From contig JBCCHT010000012.1 of NCBI GenBank assembly GCA_039028615.1, positions 194,465 through 258,464 on the forward strand: a stretch of DNA of 64,000 nt, written 5' to 3'. Source of the stretch: Myxococcota bacterium (GTDB taxonomy: Bacteria; Myxococcota_A; Polyangia; Nannocystales; Nannocystaceae). A model generated the notes under the pieces. That model saw only the letters and a program-made list of their open reading frames with translations. It searched no databases and was not told the DNA's origin. Below are positions 20,476-34,796 of this stretch, piece by piece. The position numbers were made by a program, and so were the translations under genes. How positions within the stretch are numbered: the first letter of the stretch is position 1; every line of letters starts with the position of its first letter.

Positions 20476-21405
20476 GTGCGCTGCCGCGCGTACCAAATCC
20501 CCTCCGAGGTCTATCGAGAGATCGAGACCCAGGTCCTCCAGCAGCTTCGCGACGGTGATCGCGATCAGCTGCTGCACCTGCTCGCCGAGCACGACCTCGA
20601 AGTCGAGCTGCTGAGCGGCGAGTGGCGAGTCCTGTTCGCTGCGCTCTCCGATTTCTTCCAAGAGGTCGACATCGAAAAGCGCATCGCTCGAATGGCGGTG
20701 AGCCCCGACGAGCTGGCCGAGTTCGTCGACTTCCTCCGCAACGAGCAGCGCAAAGAAGCGTGGCGCCCCATCTCCTTCGGGCTGGCCGAGCTCACCGATG
20801 CTCTCCCCGTGGGGGTCGACCTGGTCGGCGTGGTGATCATCGAGGAGTCCGACGACTGGCTGTGGGCCGAGCCCGTACACGAGCTGGTCGCCATTCGCCC
20901 CGAGGTCTACCCCTTGCTCGAGCCGCACCTGCGCTCGTTGATGCAAGCCGGAGACTTCGCCGCGCTCGCCCGCTTGGCCGGCGACCACGCCGAGGGCAGC
21001 GTCGAGTTTTCCGCGGAGCAGTGGCGCCTGCTCATGGAGCACTCCGAGCAGCGGGTGCCCGAGCTGCTGTCGATCTACGAGCAGCGCCTGTCCGTGCCCG
21101 ACGACTACACCAGCATCCTCGAGGCGATGGTGCAGGTGGCCGACCCGCGCTACCAGCCCAGCCTAGACGCCTGGCTGCGCGTGCACTCGGGCATCGCCCA
21201 GTACGCCCTGTACTTCCGCGACGCTCACCTCGAGCGGCGCGAGCTCGAGGGCTCGGGGCTCATTCGCATCCAGGACGTGAACTTCGAGGCCCAGGTGACC
21301 CGGCCCCTGCCCGCGGTCGAAGGCGGCTCGGAGCAAGGCGACGTCGCGGCTGCGCCCGCGACCCAGCAGTCGTCCTTCGAGCCCGGCTCCAACGAAGAGG
21401 GCTGA
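20476..21405 (+). CDS. Conserved-looking hypothetical protein (acidic, helical)
   Basis: 309-aa ORF with strong coding codon bias. No family recognised. Confidence 0.7.
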   Translation: MRCRAYQIPSEVYREIETQVLQQLRDGDRDQLLHLLAEHDLEVELLSGEWRVLFAALSDFFQEVDIEKRIARMAVSPDELAEFVDFLRNEQRKEAWRPISFGLAELTDALPVGVDLVGVVIIEESDDWLWAEPVHELVAIRPEVYPLLEPHLRSLMQAGDFAALARLAGDHAEGSVEFSAEQWRLLMEHSEQRVPELLSIYEQRLSVPDDYTSILEAMVQVADPRYQPSLDAWLRVHSGIAQYALYFRDAHLERRELEGSGLIRIQDVNFEAQVTRPLPAVEGGSEQGDVAAAPATQQSSFEPGSNEEG

Positions 21406-21414
21406 GCCTGCCGG

Positions 21415-23193
21415 CTACTCGACGGTCAGCGGGCTCACCGTGAGCACGCCGGCGTCGCCGCTGCCCATCTGGATCGCGCGCACGCTGGCCGCCACGCGGC
21501 GCCACTGCTCGAGGCCGGCGTCCACCCGCACACGGGCGGCCACCTTGTCGCTGTTGCTCGGGCCCCCGCCCAGCAGGCGCTCGACCAGGCTCTTGCTCTG
21601 CGGGAAGCGACGCAGCTCGATGCTGGCGTCTTCGTCGATCTCTGCCGCGGCCCGGGCCAGCTCGATGGCCTTGGTCATGCCGCCCAGCTCGTCGACGAGG
21701 CCGAGCTCCTTGGCGCGCTTGCCCGACCACACGCGGCCGCGCGCCAGTTCCTCGACCTGCTCGGGCGTGAGCCCCCGCCCTTCGGCCACGCGCTGCTTGA
21801 AGTCGGCGTAGACCTGGTCGAGCCACGCGTCGAGCCGCGCCCGACCCTCGGCGTCGTAGCCCTCGTTGGCCGTCCAGAACGCGGCGTTGTTCGAGGTCTG
21901 GACCGAGTCGTAGGTGACCCCCAGCTTGTTCCAGATCCCCCGCGTGACCATCTTGACCGACAGCACGCCGATGGACCCGGTGAGCGTGGACGGCAGGGCG
22001 ACGATCTTGGTGGCGCCGGCCGAGACGTAGTAGCCGCCCGAGGCCGCATAGTTGCCCATGCTGATGATGACCGGCTTGCCCGCTTCCTTGGCGCGCTGGG
22101 TGACCCGCCAGATGGCGTCCGAGGCCACGGCCGAGCCGCCCGGGCTGTCGACGCGGAACACGATCGCCTCGACCTCCGGGTCGTCGATGGCGGCCTCGAA
22201 GGCAGCGATGATCGTCTCCGCCCCGAGGATCGAGTAGCCCTCGATGGGATCGAAGGCACTGGGGCCGCGGGAGATCCCGCCCGCGCCGTAGATCACCGCG
22301 ATGACCTGGCCCTCGTCCCAGGGCCCGCCCGCCCGCTCGAGGTAGGGCCCGGCGTACAGGCGCTCGGCATCTTCGCCGACCTGCTCCTCGAGCCGCGACA
22401 GCATGCCGTCGCGATAGCTGAGGCTGTCGACCAGGCCGAGTTCCTTCGCTTCACCGGCCAAGTACGGACCCTGCTCGATCACCTCGCGGGCCCGCTGGGC
22501 GTCGTCGTCGAAGCGGGGCGCCAGCGCGGCCACGAGCTGCTCGTGCATGTCGGCGAGCAGCACCGTCGTCTGCTCGCGGTCGGCATCGCTCATGCGGCGC
22601 GCGGTGTAGCGATCGTAGGCCGACTTGTACTCCGAGCGCTGGCCGCCTTCGGGCTCGATGTCGAGCTTGTCGAAGGCCCCTCGCAGGTACATCCGCTCGC
22701 TCCGCAGCCCGGTGAGGCCGAGGCCTCCCGTGGGCTGCAGGTGGATCTCGTCGAACGCGGTCGCCAGGTAGTAACCCTGGTTGCCGGGCCCGAGCTCACC
22801 GAAGGTCTCCGAGAACGCGATGGCCGGCTTGCCCGTGGCCCGGAACGCCAGCACCGCTTCGCGCAGCTCCTCGACCACCGCCATGCCGTGGGAGGTGCCG
22901 TCGATGTGCGCGACTACGCCCACGACACGATCGTCGTCGGCGGCTCGGTGCAGCGCAGCCAGGACTTGCTGGGCCGTGGGACCACCCGCCCCGAGCACCG
23001 AGGCGAGGGGATCTTCGGCTCCTTCCACGCCCAGCCGTCGGTCGAGGTGCAACTCGAGCACGGTCTTGGGCGCGACTTCGTCACGAGTCACGCACGTACA
23101 CGTCACCGCCATCACCCCCAGGAGCATGAACCCCGTGGTGATCATGCCGATGACGGTGAAGACAGTGACGAGGCGTCGCCGCGTCTTGCTCAT
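21415..23193 (-). CDS. sppA: Signal peptide peptidase SppA (67K type)
   Basis: N-terminal TM, two S49 domains, YYLATAFDEI, EYKSA, RVDSPGGS, AASGGYY, TLTGSIGV, GRVWSG. Confidence 0.93.
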   Translation of the reverse strand: MSKTRRRLVTVFTVIGMITTGFMLLGVMAVTCTCVTRDEVAPKTVLELHLDRRLGVEGAEDPLASVLGAGGPTAQQVLAALHRAADDDRVVGVVAHIDGTSHGMAVVEELREAVLAFRATGKPAIAFSETFGELGPGNQGYYLATAFDEIHLQPTGGLGLTGLRSERMYLRGAFDKLDIEPEGGQRSEYKSAYDRYTARRMSDADREQTTVLLADMHEQLVAALAPRFDDDAQRAREVIEQGPYLAGEAKELGLVDSLSYRDGMLSRLEEQVGEDAERLYAGPYLERAGGPWDEGQVIAVIYGAGGISRGPSAFDPIEGYSILGAETIIAAFEAAIDDPEVEAIVFRVDSPGGSAVASDAIWRVTQRAKEAGKPVIISMGNYAASGGYYVSAGATKIVALPSTLTGSIGVLSVKMVTRGIWNKLGVTYDSVQTSNNAAFWTANEGYDAEGRARLDAWLDQVYADFKQRVAEGRGLTPEQVEELARGRVWSGKRAKELGLVDELGGMTKAIELARAAAEIDEDASIELRRFPQSKSLVERLLGGGPSNSDKVAARVRVDAGLEQWRRVAASVRAIQMGSGDAGVLTVSPLTVE

Positions 23194-23282
23194 GCGTGGA
23201 TCGTACGGCAATCCGAGCATTCGACCCTGGGGCCGGGAGGGGAGTTTCGATCCTCTCGGCTTGGCCCCAGGGTTTCAGTGGA

Positions 23283-24212
23283 TCACGCCGGCAGGATGCA
23301 GGCGCCCACGTGCTCGAGTCCGGGCGGGGAGGCGCCCTCCTCGAACCAGGTGTCGCACATCTGGCCCGGGAGCGAGCAACCCGCGTCGGGGTCGGGCTCG
23401 GTCACGTCGCAGAACTCGCTGCAGCAGCCGCCGGAGCCCTGGCAGTCGGGCACCGCATCGGCGTTCGCGCAGAACAGGCCGGGGTCGCAGGCGTTGAGGA
23501 ACTCGCAGGGATCGCCGGGGGCCCCCATCTCGCCCGATGCATCGACGATGCATACGAAGCCGTCGCTACCGGCGGCGCCCAGGCAGGCCGCGCCGTCTTG
23601 GCAGTCCTGCAGCAGCGGGTCACAGGTCGCGCGGCAGAGGATCAAGACGCCGTTGTTGGAGATGGAGCACAGGAAGCCGGGCTCACAGATCGGGGTCTCG
23701 GGCGAGCCTTCACAGAAGCTCACGCACGTGCCGATGTTGGTCTCTCCGTCGACGTAGTAGCACATGCTGCCCACGTCACAGTCGTCGATCCCGGCCACGC
23801 CGCTGCCCTCGACCATGCAGGTATCGCCCACCTGGCCCGGGTTGTCGGCGACGGGCGAGCACCGGGTGGCATTCCACGCGCTGCCGCCATCGTTCGCCCA
23901 CGGCATGCACTTTTCACCGTCGGGGCAGTCTTGCTCCCAGACGTCGCACTCGACCTCGGGGCCACCACCGTCGGGCATCTGCAAGAAGCCGGCACCGGTC
24001 TCTTCGTCCGCGCCGTCGCTCGAGCCGCTACCACCCTGGCTCATGGCGCCCGTCTCGGACGTCATCGACTCCGGGGGCGTCGCCGCTCCGGTGCTCTCCG
24101 CCGCGTCGTCGGTCGCTGCCGCGGGCGAGTCCTCGTTGCCCTGGTTGTTGTCGACTGTCCCACACCCGAGCCCGAGCGCAGCGATGACCGTAATGAACAA
24201 TGTGCGATTCAT
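23283..24212 (-). CDS. Cys-rich lipoprotein (CD..QDC repeat family typical of Nannocystaceae)
   Basis: Lipobox GLGC, Ser/Thr/Gly linker, CDVWEQDCPDGEKCMPWANDGG, CDPLLQDC, GCCSEFCD. Confidence 0.8.
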   Translation of the reverse strand: MNRTLFITVIAALGLGCGTVDNNQGNEDSPAAATDDAAESTGAATPPESMTSETGAMSQGGSGSSDGADEETGAGFLQMPDGGGPEVECDVWEQDCPDGEKCMPWANDGGSAWNATRCSPVADNPGQVGDTCMVEGSGVAGIDDCDVGSMCYYVDGETNIGTCVSFCEGSPETPICEPGFLCSISNNGVLILCRATCDPLLQDCQDGAACLGAAGSDGFVCIVDASGEMGAPGDPCEFLNACDPGLFCANADAVPDCQGSGGCCSEFCDVTEPDPDAGCSLPGQMCDTWFEEGASPPGLEHVGACILPA

Positions 24213-24371
24213 CAGCTTCGTTACCTTGCGGAATCGAAGTCGCAGTATTGCCTCAGACAGGGGTTCCTGTCGAGTCCGATCCGCCCGCCGACTCTTGAAC
24301 GGTACCGGCGCTGAGTTCGCGCTGAAGGTCAGCGCAATTCCCGGCCATGTACCGCCACCCCCCTTGAGAGG

Positions 24372-26213
24372 ATGTCCTCCGTGACTCGACACGCCCTAGC
24401 CATAATCACTGCACTCACCGGGCTTACGCTCCCGGCGCCGGCCCACGCCGGTGGAGCCAGCTTCGACCGGATTGCCGACGCGTTCGATCCCCAGCCCTGC
24501 GGCGGCAACGGCTGCTTCACCAACCACCTGCGCGTGACCGATATCGACGGTGACGGCGACCTCGATGTGGTGATGGCCAACTACGCCGACTTCTTCGGGG
24601 GCGGCAACGCGCCCGAGCCCTTGCTCGTCTACACCAACGACGGCAGCGGCAACCTGACCGACGACTCGGCCAATGCGGTCGGCAACTATGCCGGCAACCT
24701 GCGACAGATCGCGATCGGTGATGTGGACGGTGACGGCTCGCCCGATATCTATGGCAGCCAGGGCAACGGTGACGCGCACGTGCTGTTCATCAACGACGGC
24801 AGCGGAGCCTTCGCCGACGAGGCCGACGCTCGCCTCCCCGCCGACTATCCCGCGGGTGCGGCCGCGCGCATGGGCGACGTCGACAACGACGGCGACCTCG
24901 ACATCTTTGCCGCCGATGCCTACGCCAGCAGCGGGCCTCCCTTCGGCCGCCTGTACATCAACGATGGCATGGGCGTGTTCACCGAGGCGATGGCCGCGAT
25001 CCCCGACTCGATCTCCGGCATCGACATCGACGACGTGGAGTTCCTCGATGTCGACCGCGACTTCGACCTCGACCTCGTCGTCAATGCCCACGCCAACGGC
25101 ATCGGAGCCCTGTGGCTCAACGACGGCGAGGGTGTGTTCACCGCGGGCGGCTCGCTGGCGCCTCCCGCCACGATGAACTTCCACTACAACATGGCGCCGT
25201 GCGACGTGGACGGCGACGGTGACCTCGACCTGTGGGTCGACAACATCGGCGGTGGCTTCACCGAGCAGCTGCAGATCAACGACGGCGCGGGCAACTTCAC
25301 CGACGAGACCGCCGCCCGAGTCACGGGTAACCCCGCCGCCGACGACAACGGCGTCATCTGTGCCGACATCGACAACGACGGTGACTTCGACGGCGTGGTG
25401 CTCTCGCTGAGCTCCACCGAGCGCTTCCTCGTCAACGACGGCAGCGGCAACTTCACCTTCGTCCAGGGCATGTTCCCGCAGCCCGACGACAACACGCTGT
25501 GGGGCGAGTTCGGCGATCTCGACGGCGACGGTCGCTTCGATCTGGTCACCGCGCAGGGCGAGGGCAACCCGCCCGACACCCACAACCAGGTCTACATCGC
25601 CAACGACCTGCTGCCCGAGGACTCGATCGCGCCGGTCATCATCGACGTCGAAGACCCGGGCATGGTGCCCGCGGGCGTCGAGGCCATCGTGCGCTTCGCG
25701 GTCAGCGACCGCACGGTGACCGACGAGGGGCCGCGGCTCGATCGCGCGTTCGCGGTCGTCGATCCCGACGGCGACGCCACCCCGGTCGACGCCTGGTTCA
25801 TGGGCGGAGACGTCTTCCGCGTGGCGCTCCCGGGCGCCGACGAGGGCCCGGTGGAGTTCCAGGTCTGCGCCGAGGATCGCAACGCCAACCTCGGCTGCTC
25901 GGAGACCCAGACCTACGACATCGGCGGTGAGCCGCCGGGCGAGACCGGCGACGAGTCCACCGGTGGCGGGGGTGTCGACGACACGATCGGCGGCAGCGAC
26001 CCCACCGAGACCATGTCGGCGACGGGCAACGGCAGCAACGCCGGCTCGGACGGCACCGGCTCGGGCAGCACCGAGACCGAGACCGAGACCGCCGGGGCGG
26101 GTGACGACGGCGGCAGCGGCTGCTCCTGCACCCAGGACCCCAACGGTAGCGGCTTCGGCTGGATGGCGCTGGGCCTGCTCGGTCTGGGCGCGCTTCGTCG
26201 TCGACGCGACTGA
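24372..26213 (+). CDS. Secreted FG-GAP/VCBS repeat protein with MYXO-CTERM sorting signal
   Basis: Signal peptide ending AHA, about 7 DxDGDGDLD repeats, C-terminal GCSC...GWMALGLLGLGALRRRRD. Confidence 0.88.
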   Translation: MSSVTRHALAIITALTGLTLPAPAHAGGASFDRIADAFDPQPCGGNGCFTNHLRVTDIDGDGDLDVVMANYADFFGGGNAPEPLLVYTNDGSGNLTDDSANAVGNYAGNLRQIAIGDVDGDGSPDIYGSQGNGDAHVLFINDGSGAFADEADARLPADYPAGAAARMGDVDNDGDLDIFAADAYASSGPPFGRLYINDGMGVFTEAMAAIPDSISGIDIDDVEFLDVDRDFDLDLVVNAHANGIGALWLNDGEGVFTAGGSLAPPATMNFHYNMAPCDVDGDGDLDLWVDNIGGGFTEQLQINDGAGNFTDETAARVTGNPAADDNGVICADIDNDGDFDGVVLSLSSTERFLVNDGSGNFTFVQGMFPQPDDNTLWGEFGDLDGDGRFDLVTAQGEGNPPDTHNQVYIANDLLPEDSIAPVIIDVEDPGMVPAGVEAIVRFAVSDRTVTDEGPRLDRAFAVVDPDGDATPVDAWFMGGDVFRVALPGADEGPVEFQVCAEDRNANLGCSETQTYDIGGEPPGETGDESTGGGGVDDTIGGSDPTETMSATGNGSNAGSDGTGSGSTETETETAGAGDDGGSGCSCTQDPNGSGFGWMALGLLGLGALRRRRD

Positions 26214-26274
26214 GCTGTCGCTCGGCACCGACCTGCGGCCAGGTCTTCGCCTTCGGGCGAGGCCTGGCCGTCGT

Positions 26275-28695
<2,421 letters not shown>

Positions 28696-28785
28696 GCAGC
28701 TGCGGAGTCTACCAAGCCCCATCCGAGGGGACCATGCGGCCGGCCAGCTCCGACCCGAACGCCCGGCCATGACATACTGAGCCCG

Positions 28786-31185
<2,400 letters not shown>

Positions 31186-31323
31186 CCCTTCCCTGCCCCG
31201 CGGGTCTCCCGCCCGGGCGTTTCACGAGTGTCGCCGTCCATTTACCGGTCGCTTCCGATCCCTCTGCCCGCGCGTTCCGCCCCCCGCAGCACCTCGGTTC
31301 GAGATCCGCTACCCTCCCGCGCC

Positions 31324-32583
31324 GTGAAGGCCGACGGCGCCACCGCATTTCGCTCTGTCCCTCGTACCGGGGTCATCTTCGTCACCACCGAAGCGGTTCG
31401 GCGTGGCTACTCGGGCGAAGACCCGCAGTGGTGCAACCTCGGCCAGGGCCAGCCCGAGACCGGGCTCATCGAAGGCGCCCCGCCGCGGGTCGAAGGCGTG
31501 ACCATCGACCCGCGCGACCGCGACTACGCCCCGGTGGGCGGCATCGACGAGCTCCGCGAGGCGGTCGCGGCCATGTACAACCGGCTCTACCGCAAGGGCA
31601 TGCCGTCGCAGTACACGGCGGAGAACGTCGCGATCAGCAGCGGCGGGCGAGCGGGGCTGACCCGAGCCGCCGCCTCCCTCGGGCGCGTCAACCTGGGGCA
31701 CTTCCTGCCCGACTACACCGCCTACGAAGAGCTGCTCGACATCTTCCGGGCCTTCACCGCCATCCCCATCCTGCTCGAGCCCGAGCGCGGCTACAGCTTC
31801 CGCCCCGAGGACCTTCGGCGCGAGGTCGCCGGCCGTGGCCTGGCCGCCCTGCTGATCTCCAACCCCTGCAACCCCACGGGCAAGCTCATCTCCGGCGACG
31901 AGCTGGCCGGGTGGGTCTCGGTGGCGCGGGAGCTCGACTGCACCCTGCTGATGGACGAGTTCTACTCGCACTACGTGTGGAGCCACGTCCCCGGGGACCT
32001 GCCGGTCGAGAGCGCGGCCCGCTACGTCGAAGACGTCAACCGAGACCCGGTCGTGCTCGTCGACGGGCTGACCAAGAACTGGCGCTACCCCGGCTGGCGC
32101 GTGGCGTGGACGGTGGGTCCCAAGAAGGTCATCGAAGCGGTGACCTCGGCCGGCTCGTTCCTCGATGGTGGCGGCAGCCGGCCGCTCCAGCGCGCCGCGG
32201 TCGACCTGCTCGAGCCCTCCGTCGTCGAGGCCGAGACCCGGGCCATCCACGAGTGCTTCCGTCGCAAGCGGACGTGGTTCATCAACCGCCTCGCCGAGAT
32301 CGGGGTCGAGCTCGATCGTCCGCCCGAGGGCACCTTCTACGTGTGGGGCAACCTCTCCAAGCTCCCCGCCCCGCTGCACGACGGCATGGGCCTGTTCAAG
32401 CAGGCGCTCGAGGAGAAGGTCATCACCGTCCCCGGCGTGTTCTTCGACGTGAACCCGGGCAAGCGGCGTAGCCAGCAGGTCTCGCGCTTCCACTCCTATA
32501 CGCGGTTCTCCTTCGGGCCCCCGAAGGAGGTGCTCGAGCAGGCCTGCGATCGACTCGAGAAGCTGGTCGCCCAGGCCCGCTGA
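31324..32583 (+). CDS. PLP-dependent aminotransferase class I/II
   Basis: NLGQGQPE, SNPCNPTG, MDEFY, GLTKNWRYPGWR (PLP Lys). Start uncertain: GTG at 31324 or 31228. Confidence 0.88.
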   Translation: MKADGATAFRSVPRTGVIFVTTEAVRRGYSGEDPQWCNLGQGQPETGLIEGAPPRVEGVTIDPRDRDYAPVGGIDELREAVAAMYNRLYRKGMPSQYTAENVAISSGGRAGLTRAAASLGRVNLGHFLPDYTAYEELLDIFRAFTAIPILLEPERGYSFRPEDLRREVAGRGLAALLISNPCNPTGKLISGDELAGWVSVARELDCTLLMDEFYSHYVWSHVPGDLPVESAARYVEDVNRDPVVLVDGLTKNWRYPGWRVAWTVGPKKVIEAVTSAGSFLDGGGSRPLQRAAVDLLEPSVVEAETRAIHECFRRKRTWFINRLAEIGVELDRPPEGTFYVWGNLSKLPAPLHDGMGLFKQALEEKVITVPGVFFDVNPGKRRSQQVSRFHSYTRFSFGPPKEVLEQACDRLEKLVAQAR

Positions 32584-32596
32584 AGTCGTACTACGC

Positions 32597-33832
32597 TTGG
32601 GCCTCGTGGCCTCCCCCAACCGACCGGTCCCCGCGGCGTTCCCCTGGGCGGACCCGCTGTTCACCTACGGCGTCACCGGGACCAACGGCAAGACGTCCAC
32701 GTGCGCCTTCATCAGCGCGTGCTTGCACGCCGCGGGCCGCAAGGTCCTGACCGTCGGCACCACGGGTGCGTTCATCAACGGGGAAGAGCAGGTCAAGGGC
32801 AAGACCTTCGACGAGTTCACCGCCCTCATCGAGCGCAGCAAGGACGAGGGCTGCCGCGACATCGTCATCGAGACCACCAGCTACGGGCTGAAGATCGGCT
32901 ACGCCCAGAAGTGGCGCTTCGACCTGGGGGTCTTCACCAACCTGTCGCCCGATCACCTCAAGACCCACGGCACCTGGGAGGACTACCTGGCGGCGAAGGC
33001 CCAGTTGTTCCTGCACCTGGGTCCGGGGTGCCCGATGATCCTCAACGCGGCCGACCAGTACGCGATGTTCATCGACCGCGCCACGCCCGAGGACGTACGG
33101 CGGCTGCGGTTCCACGTGCCCTCGCGCGGCCCCGCCCTCGCTCCGGCCGACCTCGCCGCGACCGAGGTCTCGGTGACCGCCGAGGGCACCGTCGCCACGC
33201 TCGCGCCCAGTGAGCTCGCCGATGCCCTGGGCGGCACGCTGCGTACGCGCATGGTCGGCGAGGTCTTCGCCGAAAATGCCCTCGCCGCGGCCCTGGCCTG
33301 CCATGCCACCGGCATCAGTCCCGACGCCATCGCCCGCGGCCTGGCCGAGTGCGAGGTCGTGCCCGGTCGCTTCGAGGTCGCCTCCCGCGACCCGGTGGTC
33401 GTCGTCGACTACGCCCACACTCCCGATGCCCTCGAGCGCACCTGTGCCACGGCGCGCCGCATCGCCAGCGATCGGGTCATCGTCGTCTTCGGCGCGGGCG
33501 GGGGCGCCATGGTGAAAAAGCGCGGCCCCATGGGTGCCGCCGTCGCCCAGGGCTGCGACCACGCCATCATCACCAACGACAACCCGCGCCGCGAAGACCC
33601 GGCCGTCATCGCCGACATGGTCGCCGCGGGTTTTCGTGGGATCGACGGCGGCGCGCCCTTCGAGATCATCCTCGACCGTCGCCAGGCCATCGCGCACGCG
33701 ATCGAAATGGCGAAGGCCGGAGACGTCGTCGTCGTCGCCGGCCGGGGTCACGAGCAGATGCAGCGGGTCGGCACCGAAGACCGCCCCTTCTCCGATCGTG
33801 AAGAGGTCCTCCGGATCACCGCCGAGGGCTGA
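32597..33832 (+). CDS. MurE-like Mur ligase lacking the N-terminal domain
   Basis: GVTGTNGKTS, FTNLSPDHL, PGRFE, VDYAHTPD, NDNPR, AGRGHE. The P-loop begins only about 25 aa from the start. Confidence 0.82.
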   Translation: MGLVASPNRPVPAAFPWADPLFTYGVTGTNGKTSTCAFISACLHAAGRKVLTVGTTGAFINGEEQVKGKTFDEFTALIERSKDEGCRDIVIETTSYGLKIGYAQKWRFDLGVFTNLSPDHLKTHGTWEDYLAAKAQLFLHLGPGCPMILNAADQYAMFIDRATPEDVRRLRFHVPSRGPALAPADLAATEVSVTAEGTVATLAPSELADALGGTLRTRMVGEVFAENALAAALACHATGISPDAIARGLAECEVVPGRFEVASRDPVVVVDYAHTPDALERTCATARRIASDRVIVVFGAGGGAMVKKRGPMGAAVAQGCDHAIITNDNPRREDPAVIADMVAAGFRGIDGGAPFEIILDRRQAIAHAIEMAKAGDVVVVAGRGHEQMQRVGTEDRPFSDREEVLRITAEG

Positions 33833-33864
33833 GGGATCCGAACGACCTCGGGTTCAGTGAAGCG

Positions 33865-34434
33865 TTAGCGGCACGAGGCTTCGTCGCTGCCGTCCTTGCA
33901 GTCTTCCTCGTTGTCGCAGACCCACGAGATGGGGATCTCCATGCCGTCGTCGCAGACCCAGATGCACTGCTCGTCGGCCTCGTCCTCGCCGTTGGGGCAG
34001 TCCGCCCCTTCGTCGCAGACCCAGTCCTCGGGGATGATGGTGCCGTCGTCGCAGGTGAAGCCGCAGCCCTCTTGGGCCTCGTCCTCGCCGCCTTCGCAGT
34101 CGGGCACGCCGTCGCAGATCTGCTCGCCCGAAAGCTCGGAGCCGTCCTCGCACACGAAGGGCTTGGACGCCGTCTCGTCGCCGGCCGTCTCGTCACCGCC
34201 GGTATCGGTGGCCGCACCGCTGTCGCCGGTTGCCGCTCCCGTATCCCCCGTGGCCGCGGGATCGGTGGTCGCCGCCGTGCCTTCGCCCGCATCGGTATCG
34301 CCGTCGGACGTCGCGTTGTTGGTGGAGGCGTTGTCGCTCTCGTTCGTCTCGCCGTCGTCGGTGAGAATGATGCAACCGGTCGCGTTGCTCATCAGCGTGG
34401 CCGCGGCGAGGAATTTCTTGAAGTCGATGTTCAT
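33865..34434 (-). CDS. Lipoprotein with three LDL-receptor class A-like repeats
   Basis: Lipobox ATGC, then CDGVPDCEGGEDE, WVCDEGADCPNGEDE and WVCDNEEDCKDGSDE. Confidence 0.85.
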   Translation of the reverse strand: MNIDFKKFLAAATLMSNATGCIILTDDGETNESDNASTNNATSDGDTDAGEGTAATTDPAATGDTGAATGDSGAATDTGGDETAGDETASKPFVCEDGSELSGEQICDGVPDCEGGEDEAQEGCGFTCDDGTIIPEDWVCDEGADCPNGEDEADEQCIWVCDDGMEIPISWVCDNEEDCKDGSDEASCR

Positions 34435-34796
34435 GGGACAAAGGGGCGCTGGTGTTGCGCGGTCGGGAGTGTAGCGTCGAGATTGCCTTCCGTACGCCTA
34501 CCGCTTCGTGTGCATTCCACTCGGGAAACCTCCTACCTCGGTGCTCCCGGGGCCGCCCGACGACCGGCCGCCCGACTCGAGTCCAAACGAGCAACGGCGT
34601 TTCCGTCGACGACTCATCGTTCCGGCGATCGGCGTCCCCCTCCACGCGTCACTGCACACACCAATGCCGCCCGCCCATGGTCGAGAACACGTCACGACTC
34701 GGTGCCATTTTCGGGCGCCGCCGACCGTGATCGACCCGAATCCTTCCGGTCGCTCGCGGGACGCTGGAGCAAGCCCTCGTTGCTACACTTTCGCGC

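Noticed and set aside
24540..25550. Recurrent GACGGCGACGGCGACCTCGAC-like DNA repeats
   Set aside because: These are coding FG-GAP repeats, not a CRISPR array: degenerate, in frame, and with no cas genes.
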